From contig CAZTEM010000001.1 in assembly GCA_964612755.1 (NCBI GenBank), positions 6,232 through 70,231 on the forward strand: a DNA stretch of 64,000 nucleotides, read 5' to 3'. The DNA comes from an uncultured Desulfobacterales bacterium. Its GTDB lineage: Bacteria > Desulfobacterota > Desulfobacteria > Desulfobacterales > Desulfobacteraceae. A program made the translations under genes and the position numbers. Below the pieces are notes generated by a model that did no database searches, was not told the origin of the DNA, and worked only from the letters and a program-made list of their open reading frames with translations. Position 1 is the first letter of the stretch. Every line of letters starts with the position of its first letter. Below are positions 30,005 to 40,483 of the stretch, piece after piece.

Positions 30005-30733
30005 ATGAATATTATACTCTTACATGGGTCTGATTTTAAAGACAAAAATATGGTCATATTAAAGGATCATAGAAAAGATCATATAATCACTGTATTAAAG
30101 GCAAAAATCCATGATTCTCTTCTTTTTGGACTTATTAATGGCAAAATGGGTAAAGGAATAATTATAAACATTGATTCATCCAAAGTAGAGCTTAAAATAA
30201 ATTTAGATAAGAATCCTCCGCCTGCCCTGCCCCTTACACTTGTTCTTGCACTTCCCCGGCCTAAAATGTTAAAAAGAATAATTGAATCATCTGTCGGGCT
30301 TGGAGTAAAAAAAATATACCTGATAAATTCATGGAGGGTTGAGAAAAGCTTTTGGCAAAGTCCTGTATTAAAAAAAGAGACCTTAGATGCCCTGTCTATT
30401 GCCGGATTAGAACAGGCAAAGGACACTATTATGCCACAAATATTTAAAAAAAAACTCTTTACACCTTTTGTCAAAAACGAATTGCCTGATATCGCGCAAA
30501 ACTCCTCAATGTTTATTGCTCATCCAAAGACAGCTATCCCCTGTCCCTGTTCTGAAACATTATTAAATCAATCCATTTGCCTGGCAATTGGACCTGAAGG
30601 CGGATTTATAGATAAAGAAATAAAAACTCTTGAGCTCTTAGGTTTTAAAACAATAAATTTTGGCAGTAGAATCCTTCGCACTGAGACAGCAGTCCCTGTC
30701 CTTATTGCAAAATTATTTCCTGATTTTTTTTAA
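30005..30733 (+). CDS. rsmE: 16S rRNA (uracil1498-N3)-methyltransferase
   Basis: RsmE-type sequence: LVLALPRPKMLKRIIESSVGLGVKKIYL, IGPEGGF, LRTETA. Confidence 0.85.
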   Translation: MNIILLHGSDFKDKNMVILKDHRKDHIITVLKAKIHDSLLFGLINGKMGKGIIINIDSSKVELKINLDKNPPPALPLTLVLALPRPKMLKRIIESSVGLGVKKIYLINSWRVEKSFWQSPVLKKETLDALSIAGLEQAKDTIMPQIFKKKLFTPFVKNELPDIAQNSSMFIAHPKTAIPCPCSETLLNQSICLAIGPEGGFIDKEIKTLELLGFKTINFGSRILRTETAVPVLIAKLFPDFF

Positions 30734-30787
30734 TTTCTGATCATATTTTCTGCCAGGACAATTTTCTATTTGTTCAAAAAATTCTTA

Positions 30788-32362
30788 TCAAATTTGTAAT
30801 TTCTGACCTGGCTCAGGCACCATGGCATCAAAGCCATTTTCATTTAAGTGTCTTGCAAATTCAAGGGATTGTTCCTCTTCACCATGTACCACTGCAATTT
30901 TCTTTATATTCAAGTTGGATTCCTTTAAAAATCGAGTCATTTCACCCTGGTCTGCATGGGCGCTGAATCCATTCATTTTCTCAACCTTTGCCAGAAGAGG
31001 ATAAGTTTTCCCTAATATTTTTATTTCAGGAGGCTTGCCTTTCCTGCCTGTTTTCTCATATTCATCACTCAGTTCAACAATTCTTCTTCCCAATGTATGC
31101 TGTGCCATAAATCCTACAACAAGAATCCTGTTCTTTGGATTATGAATTTTATAACGCAAATGATGAAGAATACGTCCTGCCTCACACATACCCGATGAAG
31201 AAATAAGGATATGAGGTTCTGTATTCTTCATAACCCGCATGGATTCTTCAACAGATTCCGTATATTTTATCTCTTTAAAGGCAAAGGGATTTTCTCCATG
31301 TTCAAGAAATTCTTTATGGGTTTGGGCATCATAGACTTCAGGATGTTCAGCATAAACTTTAGTCATCTTATTTCCCAAAGGGGAATCAACAAAAATCGGT
31401 ATTCTTGGCACCTCGTTATTATTATAAAGTTCATGGAGGACATAAACCACATCCTGGGTCCTGCCAAAGGCAAATGAGGGTATTACAACAACGCCCTTAT
31501 CTTCCACAGTCTCATTAATAACTGTTTTCATCCTTTCTTTCAAATTATCAATCAGCCCATGATGCCTTGCCCCATAAGTGCTCTCCATAATCATTAAATC
31601 TATATCTTTTGCATCCTCAGGAAACTTAAGATTAGGATCTTTGATAACAGGGCTGTTAAACCGTCCAATATCTCCTGTAAATAAAACATTATATTTTTTA
31701 TTATTTTCCAAAACGCTTATCAATGCCATGGCAGACCCTAAAATATGTCCGGCTTCAAATAATGTTACACTCATCGCTTCACCAATAGTGACAGGCGTAT
31801 TATAAGGATATCCATCAAAATATTCCAAAGCTTTCACAGTATCTTCATAATTATAAAGAGGCTCAATTGTTTCAAGACCATATTTAGCCATGGAGCTTTG
31901 TATAGTATCAATATTTAATTTGTGACGGTCTTTTTTAAGAAGTTTACTGATATTGCCCCGTTCATGATTAGTAAGACCACTTTTCTTTGATTTTTGAAGC
32001 TTGAAAAGATGGCTTCTTAATGTCTTGTAATTCAAATAAGCCGAATCTGATTCCTGAATATGTGCAGAATCCAAAAGAAGATATTCACAAGCATCAGCTG
32101 TGGTGCGTGTGGTGATAATCCTGCCGTTAAATCCATTTTTTGTAAGTAGAGGAATGCGACCGCAATGATCAACATGGGCATGGGATAACACCATATTTGT
32201 AAGTTTTTTCGGATCAACAGCAAATTTTCGATTTTTCTCAACACTCTCTTTACGCCGACCCTGGAACATACCACAATCTAAAAGAATATTATCATTATTT
32301 ACTGACAACATGTGCATTGACCCGGTAACCTCTCTAACTGCACCCAAAAAAGTTACAAACAT
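30788..32362 (-). CDS. MBL-fold beta-CASP ribonuclease (RNase J/CPSF-like)
   Basis: HAHVDHCG (HxHxDH), a beta-CASP segment and C-terminal SAHAD. Confidence 0.8.
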   Translation of the reverse strand: MFVTFLGAVREVTGSMHMLSVNNDNILLDCGMFQGRRKESVEKNRKFAVDPKKLTNMVLSHAHVDHCGRIPLLTKNGFNGRIITTRTTADACEYLLLDSAHIQESDSAYLNYKTLRSHLFKLQKSKKSGLTNHERGNISKLLKKDRHKLNIDTIQSSMAKYGLETIEPLYNYEDTVKALEYFDGYPYNTPVTIGEAMSVTLFEAGHILGSAMALISVLENNKKYNVLFTGDIGRFNSPVIKDPNLKFPEDAKDIDLMIMESTYGARHHGLIDNLKERMKTVINETVEDKGVVVIPSFAFGRTQDVVYVLHELYNNNEVPRIPIFVDSPLGNKMTKVYAEHPEVYDAQTHKEFLEHGENPFAFKEIKYTESVEESMRVMKNTEPHILISSSGMCEAGRILHHLRYKIHNPKNRILVVGFMAQHTLGRRIVELSDEYEKTGRKGKPPEIKILGKTYPLLAKVEKMNGFSAHADQGEMTRFLKESNLNIKKIAVVHGEEEQSLEFARHLNENGFDAMVPEPGQKLQI

Positions 32363-32478
32363 TATAGTCTCCTTAAAATTAAATTCATATCTTGATGATT
32401 CATGACTTAAAAAACCAATACCATTATGTTATTATCAAATTTATATATAGGCAACAATATAATTAACAGGTTAATAAA

Positions 32479-32649
32479 ATGGCTAAAAAAATAAAAAAAA
32501 AAATTGACACTGAACGCAAACAGGCATATGCAAGTTTACCCCCTAACATCAAACAAAGACTGAGTGATGAAGAAAAAGAATTATTTTTATATGCTGAAGA
32601 ATGGCCGGACTCACTTTTTGATAAACTTAAAGAATTTATAACATCTTAA
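32479..32649 (+). CDS. possible 56-aa small protein (below the ORF-track cutoff)
   Basis: ATG..TAA, 57 codons, MAKKIKKKIDTERKQAYASLPPNIKQRLSDEEKELFLYAEEWPDSLFDKLKEFITS. Ends 13 nt before serB. No clear SD. Confidence 0.3.
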   Translation: MAKKIKKKIDTERKQAYASLPPNIKQRLSDEEKELFLYAEEWPDSLFDKLKEFITS

Positions 32650-32662
32650 AAAGATATACATT

Positions 32663-33877
32663 ATGGGCGAAATCATACTTGTCAATATAAGCGGGAAAGA
32701 CCAAAAAGGGCTAACAGCACGGTTCACTAATATTCTTGGTCAAGCAGATGCAAATATCCTCGATATAGGACAATCTGTTATCCATGATCATATATCCTTA
32801 GGGATTTTAATTGAAATACCTGAATCAGGTAAATCTTCTTCAATATTAAAGAATCTTTTATTTGAATGCCATAAATCTGAAACTAAAATAAATTTTACAG
32901 CAATTGATTTAGAAGAATATGAAACATGGATAGCTGAACAGGATATGCAAAGAAGGATACTTACTCTTATCGGAAAAAACCTTTCTGCAAACCAGGTATC
33001 AAAGGTTTGCCAAGTCATATCTAACCATAATTTAAATATTGATACCATTATCAGGCTTTCTGAAAGGAAATCTCTTATAAACCAAAACACCAGACATATT
33101 GCCAGCATACAGATGTCAGTGACAGGAACGCCTGAAAGCACTTTTAATATGCGGAAAGATATTATGGAAATTTCAAATACAACAGGTATTGATATCTCTT
33201 TTCAAACCGATGATATTTTTAGAAAAAACAGAAAACTTGTTGTTTTTGATATGGATTCAACCTTGATTCAAGCTGAAGTTATTGATGAGCTTGCAAAAAT
33301 AGCAGGCAAGGAAAACCAGGTTGCAAAGATAACCGCCCTTGCAATGGAAGGGAAAATTGATTTTGATGAAAGCTTTCGGCAAAGAGTGGCGCTTTTAAAA
33401 GGTCTTAAACTGGAAGAAATCAAAGACCTGCCTTCAAAACTGCCCCTTTCCGATGGTGCCAGAAGAGTTACTAAAATCTTAAAAAAATTAGGCTATAAAA
33501 TTGGAATTCTGTCAGGCGGGTTCACCTTTGTAGGTGATTATTTAAAAAACATACTCAATATTGATTATGTTTATGCAAATGAACTTGATATAAAAGACCA
33601 GGTTGTAACAGGTAAAGTCAAGGGCGAAATCATTAATGGTGATAAAAAAGCAATACTATTAAAAGAACTTGCAAGAAAAGAGAACCTCACACTTTCTCAG
33701 ACCATTGCAGTCGGAGACGGAGCAAATGATCTGCCCATGATTTCCATTGCGGGCTTAGGTGTTGCATTCAAAGCAAAAGCTGTGGTAAAAGAAAAAGCAG
33801 ATAGTGCAATTTCAGGAGTAGGTCTTGATGGTCTACTTTATCTTTTAGGAATACATGAACGCGAACTTGATGAATAA
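32663..33877 (+). CDS. serB: phosphoserine phosphatase with N-terminal ACT-like domains
   Basis: HAD motifs VVFDMDSTLI and GDGANDLPM. 404 aa. Confidence 0.9.
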   Translation: MGEIILVNISGKDQKGLTARFTNILGQADANILDIGQSVIHDHISLGILIEIPESGKSSSILKNLLFECHKSETKINFTAIDLEEYETWIAEQDMQRRILTLIGKNLSANQVSKVCQVISNHNLNIDTIIRLSERKSLINQNTRHIASIQMSVTGTPESTFNMRKDIMEISNTTGIDISFQTDDIFRKNRKLVVFDMDSTLIQAEVIDELAKIAGKENQVAKITALAMEGKIDFDESFRQRVALLKGLKLEEIKDLPSKLPLSDGARRVTKILKKLGYKIGILSGGFTFVGDYLKNILNIDYVYANELDIKDQVVTGKVKGEIINGDKKAILLKELARKENLTLSQTIAVGDGANDLPMISIAGLGVAFKAKAVVKEKADSAISGVGLDGLLYLLGIHERELDE

Positions 33878-34958
33878 CCCCATGAAACAATTATTAACAT
33901 CCAACACTGACAATGATGATGAAAAATATCGCATTTTGTTTGAAAAATCTAAAGATGCTATTCTGATCATAGAAAATGGTAAATTTGTTGATTGTAATCA
34001 AGCAAGCGTGGATATGCTGAAATATAAAAATAAAAAAGACTTTCTCCAGACCCATCCTTCAGAACTATCTCCTGAATTCCAGCCTGATGGGAAAAATTCT
34101 TTTTCTAAAACCAAAGAAATGATTGACCTTGCTCTGAAAAACGGCAGTCATAAATTTGAATGGGATCATATAAAGGCCGATGGGAAAATTCTCCCGGTCG
34201 AGGTTCTTCTTACAACAATTTCCAAAAAAAAGAACCACCAGATAATTCATACCATATGGCGGGACATAACGAATCGCAGGATTGCAGAAGAATCGCTCAG
34301 AAAAGAAAAAGAAATACTTTCCGTGATTCTTGAAAGTGCTCCCCAGGGGATAGCCTTGATTGATAATCAGGGGAAATATCTATATGTAAATCCCCATTTC
34401 ACTGAAATCACAGGCTATACATTGGAAGAAATACCAGACAAGGATACCTGGTTTACAAAAGTATATCCGGACAAAAACTACCAGAAAAAAGTGATGGAAA
34501 CCTGGACCGAGGACATTAGTAATAAAGGAATGGCAAAAATCCGTGAATTTAAAATTCGATGTAAAAATGGTGCATCAAAATATATTGAATTTAAATCCAC
34601 TTTCTTAAAAGATAAAAAGATATCATTGTTAACCGATATAACTGAGAAAAGAAATTCTGAAAAATTAATCAGGGAAAAAGATCGCCTGCAGGGTGTACTT
34701 GAGCTATCAGGAACAGTCTGCCATGAAATGAATCAACCCTTAATGAGTATCATGGGATATTTTGACCTGATATTAATGGATCTTCCCCAGGACAGCCCTA
34801 TTATAGAAACCATTGAGAAGATACATGGACAAATAAATAGATTATCAGATCTTGGCAAAAAACTTACTGAAATTTCAAGATATGAAACAAAACAATATCT
34901 CAAGGAAAAAATCGTTGATCTATCAAAGACATCAGCGTCTACAGATAAAACTACTTAA
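33855..34958 (+). CDS. PAS-PAS-DHp protein: histidine-kinase-like but lacking an ATPase domain
   Basis: Two PAS segments then H-box CHEMNQPLMSIMGY. The ORF ends about 70 aa later with no N/G1/G2 boxes. The start may instead be the in-frame ATG at 33870 or 33882. Confidence 0.7.
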   Translation: MNANLMNNPMKQLLTSNTDNDDEKYRILFEKSKDAILIIENGKFVDCNQASVDMLKYKNKKDFLQTHPSELSPEFQPDGKNSFSKTKEMIDLALKNGSHKFEWDHIKADGKILPVEVLLTTISKKKNHQIIHTIWRDITNRRIAEESLRKEKEILSVILESAPQGIALIDNQGKYLYVNPHFTEITGYTLEEIPDKDTWFTKVYPDKNYQKKVMETWTEDISNKGMAKIREFKIRCKNGASKYIEFKSTFLKDKKISLLTDITEKRNSEKLIREKDRLQGVLELSGTVCHEMNQPLMSIMGYFDLILMDLPQDSPIIETIEKIHGQINRLSDLGKKLTEISRYETKQYLKEKIVDLSKTSASTDKTT

Positions 34959-35857
34959 ACGTCTTGAACTAATATCTCATTAATATAATTTCTAAAATCT
35001 TTACCTTTATTTATTAAAAACTGCTCAAAATCAATTGTTTCAATATGGGATAATGAATTTTGTAAAAATCGTTCGGCAATCTGCTGAAATTTATGGGGTA
35101 AATCACTTACATAAATTTTTAATCTGGGTTTGACCGTTTGTGAAGTCGCAAGATTATTTTCTTTGAGATATTGTTTTACAAACTTTGCAGTTTCTCTGCC
35201 GGAGTCCACCATGGCAACGTTGTCACCAAGCACTCTCTGAATGGTCTTTCTTAACATGGGATAATGGGTACATCCCAGAATCAAGGTATCAATATCTTCT
35301 GCAATAAATTTATTTAAATATCTTTTTGCTATCAGATATGCTGCTTTATCTTCAAAAAACCCCTCTTCAACCAATGGTACAAATAATGGGCATGCCTGAT
35401 CAATGACCTTTATTTTATGATCAAGTTTGAGTATTTTTCTACTATAACTTTCTGATCTTATGGTTGCAGGAGTCCCAATCACACCAACTTTTTTTTTATA
35501 AGTTTGTTTCACACATGCCTCAGCTCCAGGCTGAATAACTCCTATTACCGGGATTTCAAGATGTTTTTCTAAAAGGTGTATAGCAGTAGATGCCACGGTA
35601 TTACATGCAACAACAATTATTTTAACATCATGTTCCAAAAGAAAATGGCTGTTTTCAAAGGCAAATCTTTTTGTAACGTCTTCTGATTTGGTGCCATAGG
35701 GAACCCTTGCAGTATCACCAAAATATACTATATCTTCACAGGGTAACAAATCCCTTAAATGTTTTACAACTGTAAGCCCGCCAATACCTGAATCAAATAC
35801 TCCTATGGAAGCATTATTTGGACCATTATTGTTTTGAGTATTGTCTTGTGACACCAT
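34955..35857 (-). CDS. murI: glutamate racemase
   Basis: GVFDSGIGGLTV, VVACNTAS-like VVACNTVAST, and GCTHYP. Confidence 0.93.
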   Translation of the reverse strand: MVSQDNTQNNNGPNNASIGVFDSGIGGLTVVKHLRDLLPCEDIVYFGDTARVPYGTKSEDVTKRFAFENSHFLLEHDVKIIVVACNTVASTAIHLLEKHLEIPVIGVIQPGAEACVKQTYKKKVGVIGTPATIRSESYSRKILKLDHKIKVIDQACPLFVPLVEEGFFEDKAAYLIAKRYLNKFIAEDIDTLILGCTHYPMLRKTIQRVLGDNVAMVDSGRETAKFVKQYLKENNLATSQTVKPRLKIYVSDLPHKFQQIAERFLQNSLSHIETIDFEQFLINKGKDFRNYINEILVQDV

Positions 35858-35895
35858 CCCAGTATTCTCCTGCAGTCTATCAATATAATAAATGT

Positions 35896-38800
35896 TTAAC
35901 TTTTAGAAAAAAAACCTGTTATATCTTTTACTATCATATATAAAGAAGGCACATAAACCAAAGTTAATATGGTTGCAACCAAAAGCCCGAAACAAAGGCT
36001 GATTGCCATGGGAATCAAAAACTGAGCCTGAAAACTTGTTTCAAGCAAAAGTGGAAAAAGCCCTGCAATTGTTGTAATAGATGTGAGAATAACCGGTCGG
36101 AAACGACTTTTTCCTGATTCCATCACTGCATCTTCTTTTTTCACGCCATCCCTGATCTTGACATTAATAAAATCAATTAAAATTAAAGAATCATTAACAA
36201 CAATTCCTGAAAGAGCAACAATCCCGAAAAAACTTATTATGGTAATAGGAAATCCCATGATTGCATGACCTATAATAGCTCCAACAAGCCCAAAAGGTAT
36301 TGCTGCCATTATTATTACAGGCTGAATATATGATTTAAACTGGCTTGCAAGAAGAAGAAATATACCCATCATGGCAAATAAAAATCCGGTTTTTAAGCTG
36401 TCTATGGATTCTTTACTGCGCTTTGCCTGACCTTCTATACGATATGTTACTCCAGGATATTTAAAACCAAGATCCTTTAAAAATTTTTTATCAAGGTCGC
36501 TTATTGTCTTGCTTGAGTTTCCTATATGTTCATCAATATCAGAAATTACCGTTATTACTCGTTTTCTGTTAACTCTCTTTATAACTGAATATCCTCTTTT
36601 TTCCACGATACTTGCAACTTCACTCAGAGGGATTTCCCTGCCATCAATTGTTCTGATCCGCATCTCTTCAATGGAAGATATTTTTCTTCTTTCTTTTTCA
36701 GAATATCTTACAACAACTTTTAAATCATCTTCACCCCTCTGCAACTGCAATACCTCATCACCATAATATGCCTGGCGTATCTGAATTGCAATATCTGCCA
36801 TAGTCACACCAAGGGATCGTGCACCCTCTTTAATGGTAATTCTTTTTTCCATTTTCCCGAGACGGAAATCATCAGCAATATCGAAAATTCCAGGATATTT
36901 GCCGACTTCTTTTTTAAGATCTTCAGCAGCTTTGGTAAGTTTGCCATAATCATTACCAATAAGTTGAATCTCAATGGGATTGCCAGCAGGCCCACCACTT
37001 ATAATAGAATAGGTTAATTCTTCTGTGCCTGACAATTGACCCACAAGTTCTCTCCAGGCTGCAATAATCTCTGAAATAGGAAGATCAGGTCTGTTTTCCG
37101 AAGGCAAAACTTCCAGCGAGACTTCTCCGCAATGGGACCCATATACTCCGGGTGCCCAATCTTTTCTCGGTATTATGCCAATCAAAGAAAAAATATTTTT
37201 AACCAGGGGTTTATCTGTCTTAAGCCTGTCTTTAAAACGTGAATTTAATTTTTGTGCGGCATTTTCAATATATTCAATATTCTGCTCGGTTATTTCAAAT
37301 GAAGTACCCTGGGGATAGATAAGTTTTGCTGTTGTCCAGTTACTATCGCCTTTTGGAAAAAAAACAAAAGGGATATGCCCTCCTGCCACGGCACCAATAC
37401 TTATAATAAGAATTCCAACCCCGATTGCCAATGTGAAATATCTATTTTTAAGAGTATAGTTTAAGGCACGAGTATAAAAACCGTTAATAAAATTATCCAG
37501 TCTTTTTTCAACTCTTGCCCTGATCTTTTCATGCCACCTGAACATTTTGCTATATTTTTCATTCTGAGCAAGGGAATGTTCAAGATGAGCTGGCAGCAAT
37601 ATTAATGCTTCGGCAAGTGAAAATGCTAAAATAACCAATACTGTCTGGGGCATTATTGCCATAAATTTACCCATGATGCCATCAATGTACATAAGAGGAG
37701 TGAAAGCTACCATAGTTGTTGCCACAGCCATTACAACCGGCACTCCCACCTGCCCCATACTGTCTATAACCGCCTGTTTAGGTGATTTGCCTTCAGAATA
37801 GTGAGAATAAATATTTTCACCAATGATTATTGCATCATCCACAAGAATACCAAGGGTCATAATAAATCCAAATAAAGAGAGCATATTGATGGAAGCCCCC
37901 ATATGATTTAAAATAATAAAAGCTCCCATGAAAGACACAGGAATCCCCACAGACACCCAGAATGCAAGTCCAAGATTTAAAAACAAAGCAAGAACAATAA
38001 AAACAAGGATAATACCCTGGGTCCCGTTTTTGATCAAAAGATCGATCCTGCTCTGAACCATTTCAGCTAAATCCTGCCACGTGGCTATATGAACTCCTTT
38101 AGGAAAAATTTCAGCATTTTTTGCAATATAATCTTTTACAGCATTGGAAATAGCTATAGTATCCTGGGTTGACGTCCTGTTTATACGAACAAAGGCAGCA
38201 GGTTTCCCATTAAACCGTGCACCAAGATCTGTATCTTTAAACCCGTCAATTACATGGGCAATTTCTCCCAATAAAACCCTGGTGCCGTCTTTTCTTGTTA
38301 ATACCGGAATGTTTTCAAACTCTTCACCAGTGTATAATTTACCCTTTGCCCGAATAATAATTTCCCGACCCTTTGTTTTCACTTTTCCTCCGGGCAGATC
38401 AATACTGCCTGCTTTCACAGCTTTTACAATCTGATTAAAGGAAAGATTAAATCGTCTCATACTCTGCTCAGACAATTCTATTGAGATTTCATAATCTCTG
38501 GTACCAACAACCGTGGCAAGTGATATAAGGTCGGTATTAACAAGATCGTTTTTAATTTTTTCAGCAGATTCTTTTAAGGTTTTTTCATCGACATCTCCAT
38601 ATACAGCAAGAGTGATAGCTGGCTCATCCTGTTTTATATCAACGACAACAGGATCTTCTGCTTCTTGTGGGAATGAATCAATAAGATCGACTTCAGTTTT
38701 AATATCATTGAGTTTTTCTCTTACATCAACACCTTTTTCAAGTTCCAGGAACACAGAGCCAACTCCTTCTAAAGCAGTTGAATAAATCCGCTTTATACCT

Positions 38801-39027
38801 TCCACGCCTTTGAGTTGGTTCTCAATTTTAAGACATATTCCTTCTTCTACTTCCCGGGGTGTAGCTCCGGGGTAAATAACTTTAATATCAATATAATCAA
38901 GGGAAAACTGCGGGAACATTTCTCTTCTCATATTCCTGACAGTTATAATACCTGCAATAATAAGGAATATCATAACAAGGTTAACCGTAACCCTGTGTTC
39001 AACAGACCATTTACCCAAACCTTTCAT
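35896..39027 (-). CDS. RND efflux transporter permease (AcrB family)
   Basis: 1043 aa, 12-TM architecture with two large periplasmic loops and typical AcrB N-terminus (RVTVNLVMIFLIIAGI). Confidence 0.9.
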   Translation of the reverse strand: MKGLGKWSVEHRVTVNLVMIFLIIAGIITVRNMRREMFPQFSLDYIDIKVIYPGATPREVEEGICLKIENQLKGVEGIKRIYSTALEGVGSVFLELEKGVDVREKLNDIKTEVDLIDSFPQEAEDPVVVDIKQDEPAITLAVYGDVDEKTLKESAEKIKNDLVNTDLISLATVVGTRDYEISIELSEQSMRRFNLSFNQIVKAVKAGSIDLPGGKVKTKGREIIIRAKGKLYTGEEFENIPVLTRKDGTRVLLGEIAHVIDGFKDTDLGARFNGKPAAFVRINRTSTQDTIAISNAVKDYIAKNAEIFPKGVHIATWQDLAEMVQSRIDLLIKNGTQGIILVFIVLALFLNLGLAFWVSVGIPVSFMGAFIILNHMGASINMLSLFGFIMTLGILVDDAIIIGENIYSHYSEGKSPKQAVIDSMGQVGVPVVMAVATTMVAFTPLMYIDGIMGKFMAIMPQTVLVILAFSLAEALILLPAHLEHSLAQNEKYSKMFRWHEKIRARVEKRLDNFINGFYTRALNYTLKNRYFTLAIGVGILIISIGAVAGGHIPFVFFPKGDSNWTTAKLIYPQGTSFEITEQNIEYIENAAQKLNSRFKDRLKTDKPLVKNIFSLIGIIPRKDWAPGVYGSHCGEVSLEVLPSENRPDLPISEIIAAWRELVGQLSGTEELTYSIISGGPAGNPIEIQLIGNDYGKLTKAAEDLKKEVGKYPGIFDIADDFRLGKMEKRITIKEGARSLGVTMADIAIQIRQAYYGDEVLQLQRGEDDLKVVVRYSEKERRKISSIEEMRIRTIDGREIPLSEVASIVEKRGYSVIKRVNRKRVITVISDIDEHIGNSSKTISDLDKKFLKDLGFKYPGVTYRIEGQAKRSKESIDSLKTGFLFAMMGIFLLLASQFKSYIQPVIIMAAIPFGLVGAIIGHAIMGFPITIISFFGIVALSGIVVNDSLILIDFINVKIRDGVKKEDAVMESGKSRFRPVILTSITTIAGLFPLLLETSFQAQFLIPMAISLCFGLLVATILTLVYVPSLYMIVKDITGFFSKS

Positions 39028-39048
39028 AATATTTCCTATCTATCAGAA

Positions 39049-40305
39049 TTATTTAAGTTTAACCTGCATGCCTTCTATTGCTCCTGGAATAGGGACAGAC
39101 AATATCTTATCGCCATTTTGCAAACCTGATTGTATATAAACCTGTTCTTCAAATTTACGTAATATTCCTATGGTCTGTCTGTGCAATTGACCATTTTTTA
39201 CAAGAAAAATACTATTTTGTTTTATAAGATGCCTTGGAAGAATAAAAATATTATCATATTTCTGCCCTTGAATGCTGCATTTAACAAACATTCCCGGACG
39301 TAGTTTATAACCAGGGCTGAGATTATCATCAATATTGTTAATTTCAATGGTCATGGGCAAAGTTCTGGTTTTTTCATCTATATTTGCCTTTACTCTTATA
39401 ACTTTTCCAGACCATACATGTAAATTTTTAATATCAGACCCTGCCAACTTAATCTCAACTTCCGGTAAAAACCCTTTTTCCATGACAGAACTAAGCCATC
39501 TCATTTTCTCAAGGGGAATACTAATATCAACATCAAATTTGGATTTTAAGTAAATATTCCCAAGGGGCTGCCCCATGGCAACAAATTCGCCTTGTTCTAT
39601 AAACTTATTCATTACATAGCCGTCAAAAGGGGCTTTGATTTCTGTTTTTCCCAAAGCAAGGTTTGCTTTTTCAAGATCAACCCCTGCCATTTTTAAAACA
39701 TTTTGTTTTTGCTGCATAATTGAATCTGTTAAAGATAATCGATTACTTATATTTTGAGCCTGCATTTTTGCCTGAAGATATTTCATTTCAGAACTGTCCA
39801 GCATATTTTTTGAAGCATAATTACCCTGGGATAATTTCTTTATTCTATTAAACTCTTTTGTAGAAAGTCTAAGATTATCATTTGCAAGACCAATATCAGT
39901 CTTAAGATTTTTTATTTCCTGCTCTAACCTTGCTATATCAACTTTTGCCTGTCTTAGTTTCACAATACATGCATCTTTTGCAAGTTTATATGATCTTGGA
40001 TCAATTCGGAATATCAATTCATTTTTTTTCAAAAACCCGCCCTCAACAAACAAAGGGTTTGTATATTCAATGGTGCCTGATACTTCAGCAGTAAGTTTAA
40101 CCAATTTTCTGGGTTTAACAGTTCCAAAGGCATCAACGCGCATAACTATTGATTCAGGTTTAACAGATAACACTTCAGCAATGGGATAAGCTTTTTCAGG
40201 CTCTTTTTTGTCTGGTTTGGTTTTTGTTATATATAAAACTCCAGCAATCCCGATTGCAAGTATAAGCACTATAATTACACGAATGCCTCTTGAAAAAAAA
40301 CCCAT
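39049..40305 (-). CDS. RND efflux periplasmic adaptor (HlyD/MFP family)
   Basis: N-terminal TM, coiled-coil hairpin and beta-barrel segments. Lies immediately upstream of the RND permease. Confidence 0.85.
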   Translation of the reverse strand: MGFFSRGIRVIIVLILAIGIAGVLYITKTKPDKKEPEKAYPIAEVLSVKPESIVMRVDAFGTVKPRKLVKLTAEVSGTIEYTNPLFVEGGFLKKNELIFRIDPRSYKLAKDACIVKLRQAKVDIARLEQEIKNLKTDIGLANDNLRLSTKEFNRIKKLSQGNYASKNMLDSSEMKYLQAKMQAQNISNRLSLTDSIMQQKQNVLKMAGVDLEKANLALGKTEIKAPFDGYVMNKFIEQGEFVAMGQPLGNIYLKSKFDVDISIPLEKMRWLSSVMEKGFLPEVEIKLAGSDIKNLHVWSGKVIRVKANIDEKTRTLPMTIEINNIDDNLSPGYKLRPGMFVKCSIQGQKYDNIFILPRHLIKQNSIFLVKNGQLHRQTIGILRKFEEQVYIQSGLQNGDKILSVPIPGAIEGMQVKLK

Positions 40306-40392
40306 CTCATCTACCTCCGAAAAGGATTGAAAAAAATTATATAAATATGAACTATAAGAATTAAATGATAAAAAGCAAATTAAATTAATGGT

Positions 40393-40442
40393 AAAAAAAA
40401 GCCGTACAGATTCAAAAAGGAGAGTACGAATCAGTACGGCTT
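40393..40442 (-). terminator. rho-independent terminator after etfA
   Basis: On the minus strand: AAGCCGTAC ... GTACGGCTT stem followed by T8. Confidence 0.7.
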
Positions 40443-40483
40443 ATACAATTTCTAAAGCTCAATAATCAGCTATGTATTACTAA

